DNA of 41,878 nucleotides from an uncultured Bacilli bacterium (GTDB lineage Bacteria > Bacillota_I > Bacilli_A > RF39 > UBA660): the NCBI GenBank assembly GCA_947588935.1, contig CANQAU010000002.1, positions 1-41,878 of the forward strand. The letters run 5' to 3'. The notes below the pieces were generated by a model that was not told the DNA's origin, did no database searches, and saw nothing but the letters and a program-made list of their open reading frames with translations. Position numbers and translations under genes: made by a program. Of the stretch, positions 27,413 to 34,954 are shown one piece after another. Every line of letters begins with the position of its first letter. The first letter of the stretch is position 1.

Positions 27413-27507
27413 AAATTACTCGTTTCTACTTTATCAACTGGTAATTTCCTCTTTTGTAATTTTATTATATCATTATTTTTTTTAAATGAAAAATTTTTCC
27501 TTCGACA

Positions 27508-27888
27508 TTATTTTGGCTTCTGTTTGGAAAAGTATTCTTGAATGTTTTTTTGAGTTTGTTTTTCACTATACATACTTCTATCTTTTTGGATGATTAAAAA
27601 GATGATGAAAAACAAATCATATAATATTGGCATTTTCAAAAGAATATTTAAAAGTGTACAACCAATGATGATGGTGGGAATAAACTCTATTTTGGATAAA
27701 GAATGATTTTCAAATTCTCTGGCTACTAAAAAACGTTCGATTAAAAAAGTAAGAGGAATAAAGGCTAGAGGGAAGTTGGTTAATGAATCGATATTGACCG
27801 AAAAGATGACATGCATATTTTTTAGAATGAGAATAATCATGATATAATAGAGAAATATTTTTAAAAAAATCATGGTTTTTTCTTTCAT
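27508..27888 (-). CDS. hypothetical small polytopic membrane protein
   Basis: 126 aa, three or four hydrophobic helices. SD AGGAGG lies 8 nt upstream of the ATG. Confidence 0.5.
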   Translation of the reverse strand: MKEKTMIFLKIFLYYIMIILILKNMHVIFSVNIDSLTNFPLAFIPLTFLIERFLVAREFENHSLSKIEFIPTIIIGCTLLNILLKMPILYDLFFIIFLIIQKDRSMYSEKQTQKNIQEYFSKQKPK

Positions 27889-27981
27889 TTTTCATTCCTC
27901 CTACTCTTTTCGGATTTATTATATCACATTGTGTTTTTCTTTTCCTAGATAACCAGAAATCTTTTGTTTTGTAACAAATCT

Positions 27982-28010
27982 TTGACATTCTCATAGATTT
28001 ATATTAGAAT
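27982..28010 (+). promoter_or_regulatory. sigma-A promoter of tRNA-Cys
   Basis: TTGACA (27982-27987), a 17-nt spacer, then TAGAAT (28005-28010), 10 nt before the mature tRNA 5' end. Confidence 0.7.
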
Positions 28011-28020
28011 GGATGCATAT

Positions 28021-28094
28021 GGAGCTTTAGCCAAGTGGTAAGGCGTGGGACTGCAACTCCCTGATCACCAGTTCAAATCTGGTAGGCTCCTCCA
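28021..28094 (+). tRNA. tRNA-Cys (anticodon GCA), CCA encoded
   Basis: Hand-folded cloverleaf. Acceptor GGAGCTT/AGGCTCC, D-arm GCC-AAGTGGTAA-GGC, anticodon stem TGGGA/TCCCT with loop CTGCAAC, T-arm ACCAG-TTCAAAT-CTGGT, discriminator T plus CCA. Confidence 0.9.
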
Positions 28095-28097
28095 ATT

Positions 28098-28130
28098 AAA
28101 AAAGTCCGAACTTTGTTAGTTCGGTTTTTT
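28098..28130. terminator. bidirectional intrinsic terminator between tRNA-Cys and the convergent ABC gene
   Basis: ccgaact (28106-28112) - ttgtt - agttcgg (28118-28124), with an A-run on the left and a T-run on the right. Confidence 0.75.
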
Positions 28131-30054
28131 AATTTTCCAGCTGATATTTTTTATTTTCAATTTCTTTATAAAAGGTAAAAATTAAAAAGTAAGAAAGAAA
28201 ATAGAAAATGAAGACTAATAAGATCGTTTGAAGAATGCGAATTTGGAAAACTGGAAAATAGATATATAACATTTGGGAGATGAAATGATTTAGTGTCCAT
28301 AAAAAGGCATAGGATAAAATGATGCTTATGAATAAACTAATGGATAGAATCACAAACAATTCCATTCCATAAATTCCTAATATGAACAGTGGATGAATGC
28401 CTTTTTCTTTTAAGAAAAGGATTTCTTTTTCATTCATCTGAATGCTGTTTTGGACATGGTGAAGAAGATTAAGAACGATGAAAGATCCTAAAACAATCAT
28501 GCCGATGATTCCAATGGTTTGGATGACTTTTAATAAAGAATCATAGTTTTCTAATTGATTGGAAACAATCGAAGTCACTTTATAATTTTTTTCTTTGGCA
28601 TAATTCATGATGTTTTGAATCTCTTTTGGATCTTTTAATTTGATTTTGACTTCATGCGTTAATGTATCGATTTGATGATTTTGACTTTTGATATACTTTT
28701 CGAAATCTCTGGTAACATATACGTCTTTATAATCCATCATACGATTGATATAGTCTTGATTGAGAAAATATTCTTTTAACGTAAAGTCGTTCGGAATCTT
28801 CTGTTTTAAAATTTCATATTTTTGGGTATCTCTTTGAATAATTCCCGCGATTTTGATGGGAATGTAATCTAGTAAAAATTCATGATTTAACAAATTTTCA
28901 TATGACCAATTTTGATTATGCATGATATTTTCTGCAAAAATGGTATCAATTAAAATTTCATTGGCATTTTGAGGCATTTTTCCTATTACCAGTTCTAATG
29001 ATTGGGAATTATCGATTTCATAAAAATCCATCGTTTTCACGCTTCTTTGATAATAAGCCGGTGTTTGATTGGTTGAAGGTTCGATATTTAATGTAAGGGT
29101 TGCTTGGGTATTTCGATTATAATATTGTTTTTTAAAAGATATTTCGTAGTTTGGTAAGTCTTTAACAATATTCTCTTTCGTTGTTTTCGTAATATCTAAA
29201 TAAAGAAAATTTGGTTTTTCATACATTAATGAAGCAAGATGAATTTGTTCTTTTTTAATGTTCATACATGCAAACGAAAAGAAAAAGAACAAAAATCCCA
29301 CACTTAGAATGATGATGGAAGTTGTGGTGCTTTTTCGCAAATGGGTCAAATGACTGGTGGCCAGTGTCTTCATGGCATGAAAAGATAAGAGGTGAATATT
29401 TTGCTCTTCGATTGTTTTTTCTTCTATTTTTCTTCGCTTTTCTATTTTTAGGGTTTTCTTTTCCAATTTTAACACATTACTGATTTGGGTTATTTTTTGA
29501 TCTTCGGGAAAAGAAATAATGACCAGAGCATTTTTACTCACTTCTTTTAAGAGGTTGATGATTTTTTCAATATCCTCTTCTTCGACATATTTGGTTGGTT
29601 CATCTAGTAAATAAATTTTGGCAGGTTTTAATAGGGTTTCGATCAAGGAAACTTTGGCTTTTTCACTTTTCGTTAGTTTTTTTATTTTTTTCTCTTTTAT
29701 TTTTTGTAAATTGAGTTTTTTTAAGTAATCGAGGGCTTTGGATTGATTTGAATTGATGAGCAGAAGATAGTTTATGACGGTCAATTCTGGGATTGTGAAA
29801 ACTTCTTGGTTATACATGGAAATGTTTTGATTTAAGTATTTTCGACTTTCTTTGATTGTATCGATTTCGATTTGATCATAATAAATATTTCCGGAATATT
29901 CAAAGTCTAGTAATCCAATTAGATTTAATAAGGTGGTTTTTCCACTTTGTTTTTTTCCAGTTAGAGCAAATAAACCGGTATTTGGAAAAGTGAAATTGAG
30001 ATCTTTTAAGATTGGGGTAGTCCATTCTTTATTTACTTTTTTTAATTCAATCAT
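28129..30054 (-). CDS. ABC ATPase fused to an FtsX-like permease; signature and H-loop motifs are degenerate
   Basis: 641 aa. Walker A GKKQSGKT and Walker B IYLLDEPT are present. The position of LSGGQ reads LTKSEKAKV, and no H-loop His is seen (VIISFPED). The C-terminal half has one TM, a large loop and three TMs (MacB/FtsX-like layout). SD AAAGGAG. Confidence 0.7.
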   Translation of the reverse strand: MIELKKVNKEWTTPILKDLNFTFPNTGLFALTGKKQSGKTTLLNLIGLLDFEYSGNIYYDQIEIDTIKESRKYLNQNISMYNQEVFTIPELTVINYLLLINSNQSKALDYLKKLNLQKIKEKKIKKLTKSEKAKVSLIETLLKPAKIYLLDEPTKYVEEEDIEKIINLLKEVSKNALVIISFPEDQKITQISNVLKLEKKTLKIEKRRKIEEKTIEEQNIHLLSFHAMKTLATSHLTHLRKSTTTSIIILSVGFLFFFFSFACMNIKKEQIHLASLMYEKPNFLYLDITKTTKENIVKDLPNYEISFKKQYYNRNTQATLTLNIEPSTNQTPAYYQRSVKTMDFYEIDNSQSLELVIGKMPQNANEILIDTIFAENIMHNQNWSYENLLNHEFLLDYIPIKIAGIIQRDTQKYEILKQKIPNDFTLKEYFLNQDYINRMMDYKDVYVTRDFEKYIKSQNHQIDTLTHEVKIKLKDPKEIQNIMNYAKEKNYKVTSIVSNQLENYDSLLKVIQTIGIIGMIVLGSFIVLNLLHHVQNSIQMNEKEILFLKEKGIHPLFILGIYGMELFVILSISLFISIILSYAFLWTLNHFISQMLYIYFPVFQIRILQTILLVFIFYFLSYFLIFTFYKEIENKKYQLEN

Positions 30055-30066
30055 AACTACTCCTTT

Positions 30067-31665
30067 CTATAAAATGTTCATGACATATCTTTTGTTACGA
30101 ATGGTCACAAAAATTCTAATTTCACTAGCATTTTTAATGGTACTTGGTACTTGGAATATTAAGCCGTCTTGGTACGTGGATGGGGTGACATTCTCAACCG
30201 AGATGGTATCGGTCGTGATGGCCGTGGTATATTGAATGGTCATAAAGTGTTCCGGCATTAAACGATTGGTTTTGGCAGAACGATAATAAATGACACTTTG
30301 ATCTACGTCATAATTGCTGTCTAAAATTAATAGTGTTTTGGTCGATGTATTGGTGGTAATTCGGTTTGATAACGTGCGGCAGGAGGTTTCACTGTCACAT
30401 TGTTGATATTGATAGGTTAAACTATCGGCGATTTGGTATCCTTTTATTTGAAAGTGGCTATAACCGATATTGGATTCTTCAAAGGTGGCAATTTTTCCTA
30501 GTTCGATAAATTTCACATTTTCCATGCCAAAAGCATGGTCTGGTTTTAAATTGACTGTTTTATATTTTGGTGTAATTTGTCCGACATTAATGACGGTTTG
30601 CTCTAAGATTTTTAACGTGTAATTATCTTGAATTTCGGATGGATCTAATTCATAAGCAACGGCGTAAGTATTTTGAGATTTTGGAGTTAAAATGGTGTCT
30701 TGTTTTAATGCCAGTCCGACATCAATAAAGTATCCACCTCGATCGAGGGTGGCATAGACACGGCGATTTTTTAATTCAATAAAGAAGTTGTTGTAGTCAA
30801 ATTTGGCATTGGTCGTTCCCCTATTTTCAATATTGTATTGAATGACTAGATAGTATTTATTTTGGGGCAGACTTTTTCCACCAAAATCAATGTTCGTAAG
30901 CATGCTTCCTACGACACGAACATTTAACGTATCATGGGAGATAATTTGCTTTTCTTGATATCTTTTGTTATAGACATCTCGATTTAAATAAATTAAATTT
31001 CCGATAATGATTACGACAATGGAGCAAAGAATCATGAAAATAAATTTATTTTCTAATACATAATAGCGAAATTCACGAAAAAAGCGACGAATATTTCTTT
31101 TGATTTTATAATCTTCGATGCCGATGTTTAACTCAAATTCTTCTGAGTCAATATCGGTAATTTCTAGTTCTTTAATATCGGTATCAAAATTAAATTTTTT
31201 GATATCAAAGCCGACTCCTCGAAATAAGGTAAAGGCTGCAAATAAAAATTGAGGAAGATAAAAGATATAGGAGATATCTCGATATGCTCTGGCTGAGGTA
31301 GCATCTAACATGGTGGTTTCCATACCACTTAAAATACTATGGGTAACTCCTAACATGATAAACAAGATTGTATAGTTGATAATTAATAAAAGATAATAAA
31401 TCGTCGATTTTTCTTTTTGACGCATTAGAAAATAGATAAAAATTCCTACAAATAGGATGCATAGAATAGCAAAATACATAAAGTAATTTACATAATTTCC
31501 AGCAATATTTGTGATATTGGTCGTATAACCGTTACTTACATATTCTTGAAAGAAGGCAGAAATATTTCCTGTCTTCACAATCATATAAATGATTGGGATA
31601 GCAAGAATTAAATGAATTAAGCGAAAATGTTTGATTAAAAATGCATATGGTTTACGCAGTATCAT
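30067..31665 (-). CDS. hypothetical polytopic membrane protein with a large extracytoplasmic beta-rich C-terminal region
   Basis: Start moved to the ATG at 31665 (MILRKPYAFLIKHF...) because SD GGGAGAG precedes it. About five N-terminal helices plus one more helix come before the C-terminal region. The segment YYLVIQYNIENRGTTNAKFDYNNFFIEL looks like an Ig-like (DUF4352-type) strand pattern; that family assignment is tentative. Confidence 0.6.
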   Translation of the reverse strand: MILRKPYAFLIKHFRLIHLILAIPIIYMIVKTGNISAFFQEYVSNGYTTNITNIAGNYVNYFMYFAILCILFVGIFIYFLMRQKEKSTIYYLLLIINYTILFIMLGVTHSILSGMETTMLDATSARAYRDISYIFYLPQFLFAAFTLFRGVGFDIKKFNFDTDIKELEITDIDSEEFELNIGIEDYKIKRNIRRFFREFRYYVLENKFIFMILCSIVVIIIGNLIYLNRDVYNKRYQEKQIISHDTLNVRVVGSMLTNIDFGGKSLPQNKYYLVIQYNIENRGTTNAKFDYNNFFIELKNRRVYATLDRGGYFIDVGLALKQDTILTPKSQNTYAVAYELDPSEIQDNYTLKILEQTVINVGQITPKYKTVNLKPDHAFGMENVKFIELGKIATFEESNIGYSHFQIKGYQIADSLTYQYQQCDSETSCRTLSNRITTNTSTKTLLILDSNYDVDQSVIYYRSAKTNRLMPEHFMTIQYTTAITTDTISVENVTPSTYQDGLIFQVPSTIKNASEIRIFVTIRNKRYVMNIL

Positions 31666-31725
31666 ACTATCTCTCCCTATATCATCATTATACAACAAAA
31701 AAAATATGAAAAAAACTCCATATTT

Positions 31726-32178
31726 TTATCTTGTTTTATTCACGAGAATTTGTCCTTCTTGTAAATAGATTGTTGGATTTTGATTTAATAACCGTTCTTT
31801 ACTAATTTGAAACATTTTTGATACGATGTTTAGTGTATCTCCTTCTTTGGTAATGTAATAACTATACTCTGCTTTGGGAATTAAGATTTCTTGTCCGGGA
31901 TAAATATAATCTTCCATATCTAGACCATTTAACCCTGCTAATAATTCTGGATTAATATTGTATCTTCTAGCAATTTTATAAATGGAATCTCCTTTTTCAA
32001 TGGTATAGTATAGAAAATAAGTATCTGAACTTTTAGGAACAACAATATCAGTTCCTTTTCTTAAAATGTCTTTTTCATTTAGGTTATTGATCTCTTGAAT
32101 GGCACTTGGATTGGTTGCAAATTTTTTGGCAATACTATTTACAGTGTCTCCCGATTTTATTTGATATTGGTCAAACAT
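31726..32178 (-). CDS. LysM-repeat (x3) peptidoglycan-binding protein
   Basis: Start moved to the ATG at 32178 (SD TAGGAGTG). Three LysM motifs: YQIKSGDTVNSIAKKF...INNL, YTIEKGDSIYKIARRYNINPELLAGLNGL and YITKEGDTLNIVSKMFQISKERLLNQNP. No signal peptide is seen. Confidence 0.75.
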   Translation of the reverse strand: MFDQYQIKSGDTVNSIAKKFATNPSAIQEINNLNEKDILRKGTDIVVPKSSDTYFLYYTIEKGDSIYKIARRYNINPELLAGLNGLDMEDYIYPGQEILIPKAEYSYYITKEGDTLNIVSKMFQISKERLLNQNPTIYLQEGQILVNKTR

Positions 32179-32238
32179 AACATCACTCCTAGTATAGCGT
32201 ATGTGAATTTTTTCGAATGCGTTCAAAAAAAGAAGAAA

Positions 32239-33396
32239 TTAATCTTCTTTTATAAAAATCATGTTATGGTAATTAAAATTCCATTCAAAATAACTTAATA
32301 CTGGTACTTCTCCTTGTTGTTCTGAATAGGCGTAAAGCGTATCTCCAGCTAGATAATAGACTTTATCTTCTATGGTGTATACAATCTCTTTAATCTCTTT
32401 GGTACTAATTAACTTTTTGTTCTCACTATTTTGATAAGTAACATAGAGTCCTTGGGAAATTTGATACGTATATTTTCTCTCATCGGAAAATTGGTGTGTT
32501 TCATTTACTAATTCATTCATCTGGATATTTTCCCATTTTCCATTATTCCAAATTTTGCCATCTTTTTTATTGGTACCAATTTTGGTCATTTTTTTCTTTT
32601 TGGGATTTATTTCCCATTCGATATTATTTTTTTTATCCACGTAATACACTGCGTTTTTATGAACTCCAAGGTTATACCCATCATGATACAATGTGTCTTT
32701 AAATTCCCAGGTGGTGAGTTTATCATCCTTGGTATTTAATAAATACAATTTATTGAGATAAAAATCTGCGTGATAATCTGGGATGATGATATAATCATTG
32801 GCTTTGATGACATTGGATATGTCATACACATCTTCTTCAAATAAAGGGATGGTTTTGGTTTCTTTTTTATTGATTTTATAAAACCCTTTATAATTCCAGA
32901 CATAATATGTTACATCATCGATGTTTTTGATATCAATTCGTTCATACGTATTGGTTTGGGCATTGACGGTGGTTAATAAAGCCTCGTCAAAGTGTTCTTT
33001 CATTTTTTCTGGGACTAAGTGGTAGTCTACTTGTGTTCCATTCATAAAGCATTGTGGATATATTTTTTGATTTTCCAGTGTTGGGATGATGCAGTGAGTA
33101 TTTTCTTCTTCCAGCGTTTCAATGCTTTTGATTCTTTCTTTTTGGGGAGAATATTTTTCGTTTGTTAAAAACACATAAGTCTGATCTTCTTTTTGAATTT
33201 GATAGGTATATGCCTTTAACGCTTTATCATAGATTTCGAGAATTTGGTATTCGTCTCGTTCATATTGTTTTTGATAATCTCTTGGATGAACTATGAGATA
33301 AATGATGAACGTGATGAAGAAAATGAGTATGGCAAGAGCAATGCGTCGTCTTTTTTGTTTGATTTTATTTGGCTTCTTCGTGATTTTGTAGTCCAT
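32239..33396 (-). CDS. hypothetical N-terminally anchored extracytoplasmic protein (Tyr/Asn/Lys-rich)
   Basis: 385 aa. Basic N-terminus plus helix IALAILIFFITFIIYLIV. It overlaps the upstream gene by 32 nt, which suggests translational coupling. Confidence 0.6.
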   Translation of the reverse strand: MDYKITKKPNKIKQKRRRIALAILIFFITFIIYLIVHPRDYQKQYERDEYQILEIYDKALKAYTYQIQKEDQTYVFLTNEKYSPQKERIKSIETLEEENTHCIIPTLENQKIYPQCFMNGTQVDYHLVPEKMKEHFDEALLTTVNAQTNTYERIDIKNIDDVTYYVWNYKGFYKINKKETKTIPLFEEDVYDISNVIKANDYIIIPDYHADFYLNKLYLLNTKDDKLTTWEFKDTLYHDGYNLGVHKNAVYYVDKKNNIEWEINPKKKKMTKIGTNKKDGKIWNNGKWENIQMNELVNETHQFSDERKYTYQISQGLYVTYQNSENKKLISTKEIKEIVYTIEDKVYYLAGDTLYAYSEQQGEVPVLSYFEWNFNYHNMIFIKED

Positions 33397-33817
33397 ATTT
33401 TTTCTTTTCTTCCATCATAAATTCTGTGATATTGGTTTCGATTTCTGGAAGGCTTTTCTTATCTAAATTGGTTAATTCGACGACTTCTTTTACCGTATCA
33501 ATTGTCACTTTTCCCCATAATAATCCTTGATAAACTTCTAAGTCATTAAACAAATCTGGTGTGATTGAAGTTAAAAAATAACCAAATAAAATTCGTTTTT
33601 GGCCAATTAGAATTCTTTTGTTTGTCATGGCCACTACACAAGTCGAAAAAACATCATAGAAAAGGTTATTTTTTTGTCCAACAAATGTGTATTTTACTTT
33701 TTCTCCTGGATTTAAATGACGTTCAATTACTTCTGCATGTTTTTTGATTCTCCACCAACTAACGGTTTTTGGATATTTTGTTTTAAAAAAAATCGCTTGG
33801 TCATAAACTGCTCCCAT
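33365..33817 (-). CDS. bacterial PH-domain-like (YokE-type) protein
   Basis: 150 aa. The pattern LNPGEKVKYTFVGQ...VVAMTNKRILIGQKRILFGYFLTSITPDLFNDLEV...GKVTIDT matches the bPH strand layout. SD AAGGTGA. The family assignment was made by eye only. Confidence 0.55.
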   Translation of the reverse strand: MGAVYDQAIFFKTKYPKTVSWWRIKKHAEVIERHLNPGEKVKYTFVGQKNNLFYDVFSTCVVAMTNKRILIGQKRILFGYFLTSITPDLFNDLEVYQGLLWGKVTIDTVKEVVELTNLDKKSLPEIETNITEFMMEEKKKYGLQNHEEAK

Positions 33818-33837
33818 GTATTCACCTTCTTGTTTTT

Positions 33838-33866
33838 ATTTTATAATTTTTTTTCTCTTAATGCAA
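33838..33866 (-). promoter_or_regulatory. candidate promoter of the 33817->28129 operon
   Basis: Minus strand reads TTGCAT (33861-33866), a 17-nt spacer, then TAAAAT (33838-33843). The context is AT-rich, so specificity is weak. Confidence 0.35.
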
Positions 33867-33932
33867 TGTTTGGTACTTATTTGATTTGAAAGATTTTCGA
33901 ATTCTATTTTGCTTTTCGGGTTTTAAAATCTT

Positions 33933-34133
33933 GTGCATTTCAAAGATATCACTCGTGATACTCACTTTATAAATGATCCATGTTATTTAAATACGTTGCA
34001 AAAAGTAGCAGATGAAATGGAAAAAAATGTTTATGCTATTCATAATGATGGCGCGATGATCTATGATCGTAAGACTGGGGATTTAAAAATATTTGGAAAT
34101 GTGAATACTTTTCTTCCAAAAGAGAGTAAGTAA
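33933..34133 (+). CDS. doubtful 66-aa ORF (GTG start, no SD)
   Basis: It is the only ORF in a 0.75-kb gap. It has a GTG start with no purine-rich SD, and I recognise no family. It may be non-coding or a gene remnant. Confidence 0.25.
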   Translation: MHFKDITRDTHFINDPCYLNTLQKVADEMEKNVYAIHNDGAMIYDRKTGDLKIFGNVNTFLPKESK

Positions 34134-34216
34134 TAAAATTATTCGTTGCGGATTATGATTATATGGATTTTTAATCTGGAATACTTGATAAAAATATCAT
34201 ATAAAAACTAAACGTT

Positions 34217-34225
34217 TGATATAAT
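34217..34225 (+). promoter_or_regulatory. extended -10 promoter (TGaTATAAT) of the small-peptide transcript
   Basis: tgatataat at 34217-34225. The predicted start is near 34232, which is exactly where the 5' complementary segment begins. No good -35 element is present. Confidence 0.5.
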
Positions 34226-34303
34226 GTTCATGGATACATTTGAAATATATCAGATGTTTTCCCTTTCAATTATCAAAAGATAAGAGAAAGGTGGTGGTTC
34301 ATT

Positions 34304-34381
34304 ATGACAAAAAGAGAAGCATCTCTATTTATTATAATCCTACTATTATTCTTCATAGTAATCACCTTACTATTTAGATAA
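34304..34381 (+). CDS. 25-aa hydrophobic peptide MTKREASLFIIILLLFFIVITLLFR (type I toxin-like small membrane peptide)
   Basis: It falls below the ORF-track length cutoff. ATG at 34304 is preceded by AAAGGTGGTGG with 7-8 nt spacing, and TAA is at 34379-34381. The peptide has a charged N-terminus, a single TM-length hydrophobic stretch and a terminal Arg. Confidence 0.5.
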   Translation: MTKREASLFIIILLLFFIVITLLFR

Positions 34382-34429
34382 TAAAAACATCTGATCTCAA
34401 CAATCGTTGATTTCAGATGCACTCCATAA

Positions 34430-34470
34430 GGGATAACATCTGATTCCTACAATCAAATGTATCCTTTTTT
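34430..34470 (+). terminator. intrinsic terminator of the small-peptide transcript
   Basis: gggataacatctgat (34430-34444) - tcctaca - atcaaatgtatcc (34452-34464), with one mismatch and one bulge, followed by tttttt. Confidence 0.65.
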
Positions 34471-34500
34471 ATTTTATTCAAGTTTCCTTGATATATTCAT

Positions 34501-34542
34501 AATAACATAAAAACAACTTTTTTGCAAGTTGTCTTTATGTTA
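34501..34542 (-). terminator. long hairpin / terminator downstream of ssrA
   Basis: ataacataaaaacaactt (34501-34518) - ttttgc - aagttgtctttatgttat (34525-34542), 18 bp with one mismatch. On the minus strand the inner stem is followed by TTTTTATGTTAT. Confidence 0.55.
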
Positions 34543-34583
34543 TACATACTCGAATTATAAATAAGTCCGAGTATCAATCAATC

Positions 34584-34947
34584 TGGTGGAGCAGAGGAGA
34601 GTTGAACTCCTGTCCAAACAATTCTATGATAAAACATCTACAAGTTTAGTGAAAATTAGATCTCATAGTTTTTCAGGCTTTCACACACCTAACCAAACTA
34701 CCAGTTTAATTTGTATTCTTTCAGTTACCTTAAACAAATAACTGAGTATATCTTATATTTATGAACTCTATTATTTCCCTATAAGAAAAAGAAATATAGA
34801 GTGCTTCTACGACCTTAAATTAGGCTGCTACAAAAGCAGGAGAAGCGAAAGAATAACTTTCGTCATTTAAATTTTAATTTGCATTTATAGTATGCCTACT
34901 ACTTGCAGTCTTATCTAGTGATTGCTGTCGAAACCATTTACTGCCCC
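34584..34947 (-). ncRNA. ssrA: tmRNA (transfer-messenger RNA, SsrA), 364 nt
   Basis: The minus strand starts GGGGCAGTAAATGGTTTCGACAGC and ends GGACAGGAGTTCAACTCTCCTCTGCTCCACCA. The acceptor stem GGGGCAG/CTGCTCC carries the G3:U70 Ala identity pair, and the T-arm is GGAG-TTCAACT-CTCC. An internal tag frame reads ...GAC GAA AGT TAT TCT TTC GCT TCT CCT GCT TTT GTA GCA GCC TAA = ...DESYSFASPAFVAA*. Confidence 0.93.
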
Positions 34948-34954
34948 ATGTGCT

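Noticed and set aside
27710-27994. 94-aa minus-strand ORF overlapping the 5' part of 27508..27888
   Set aside because: It is an alternative frame of the same region with a non-membrane, Arg/Lys-rich odd composition. The 126-aa frame has the AGGAGG SD at proper spacing and coherent TM helices.
28021-34947. Possibility that the tRNA-Cys or tmRNA 3' ends mark an integrated genomic island or prophage
   Set aside because: I saw no integrase, recombinase, transposase or phage-like genes, and no direct repeat of the tRNA or tmRNA 3' end in the flanks. The intervening genes look like resident envelope genes.
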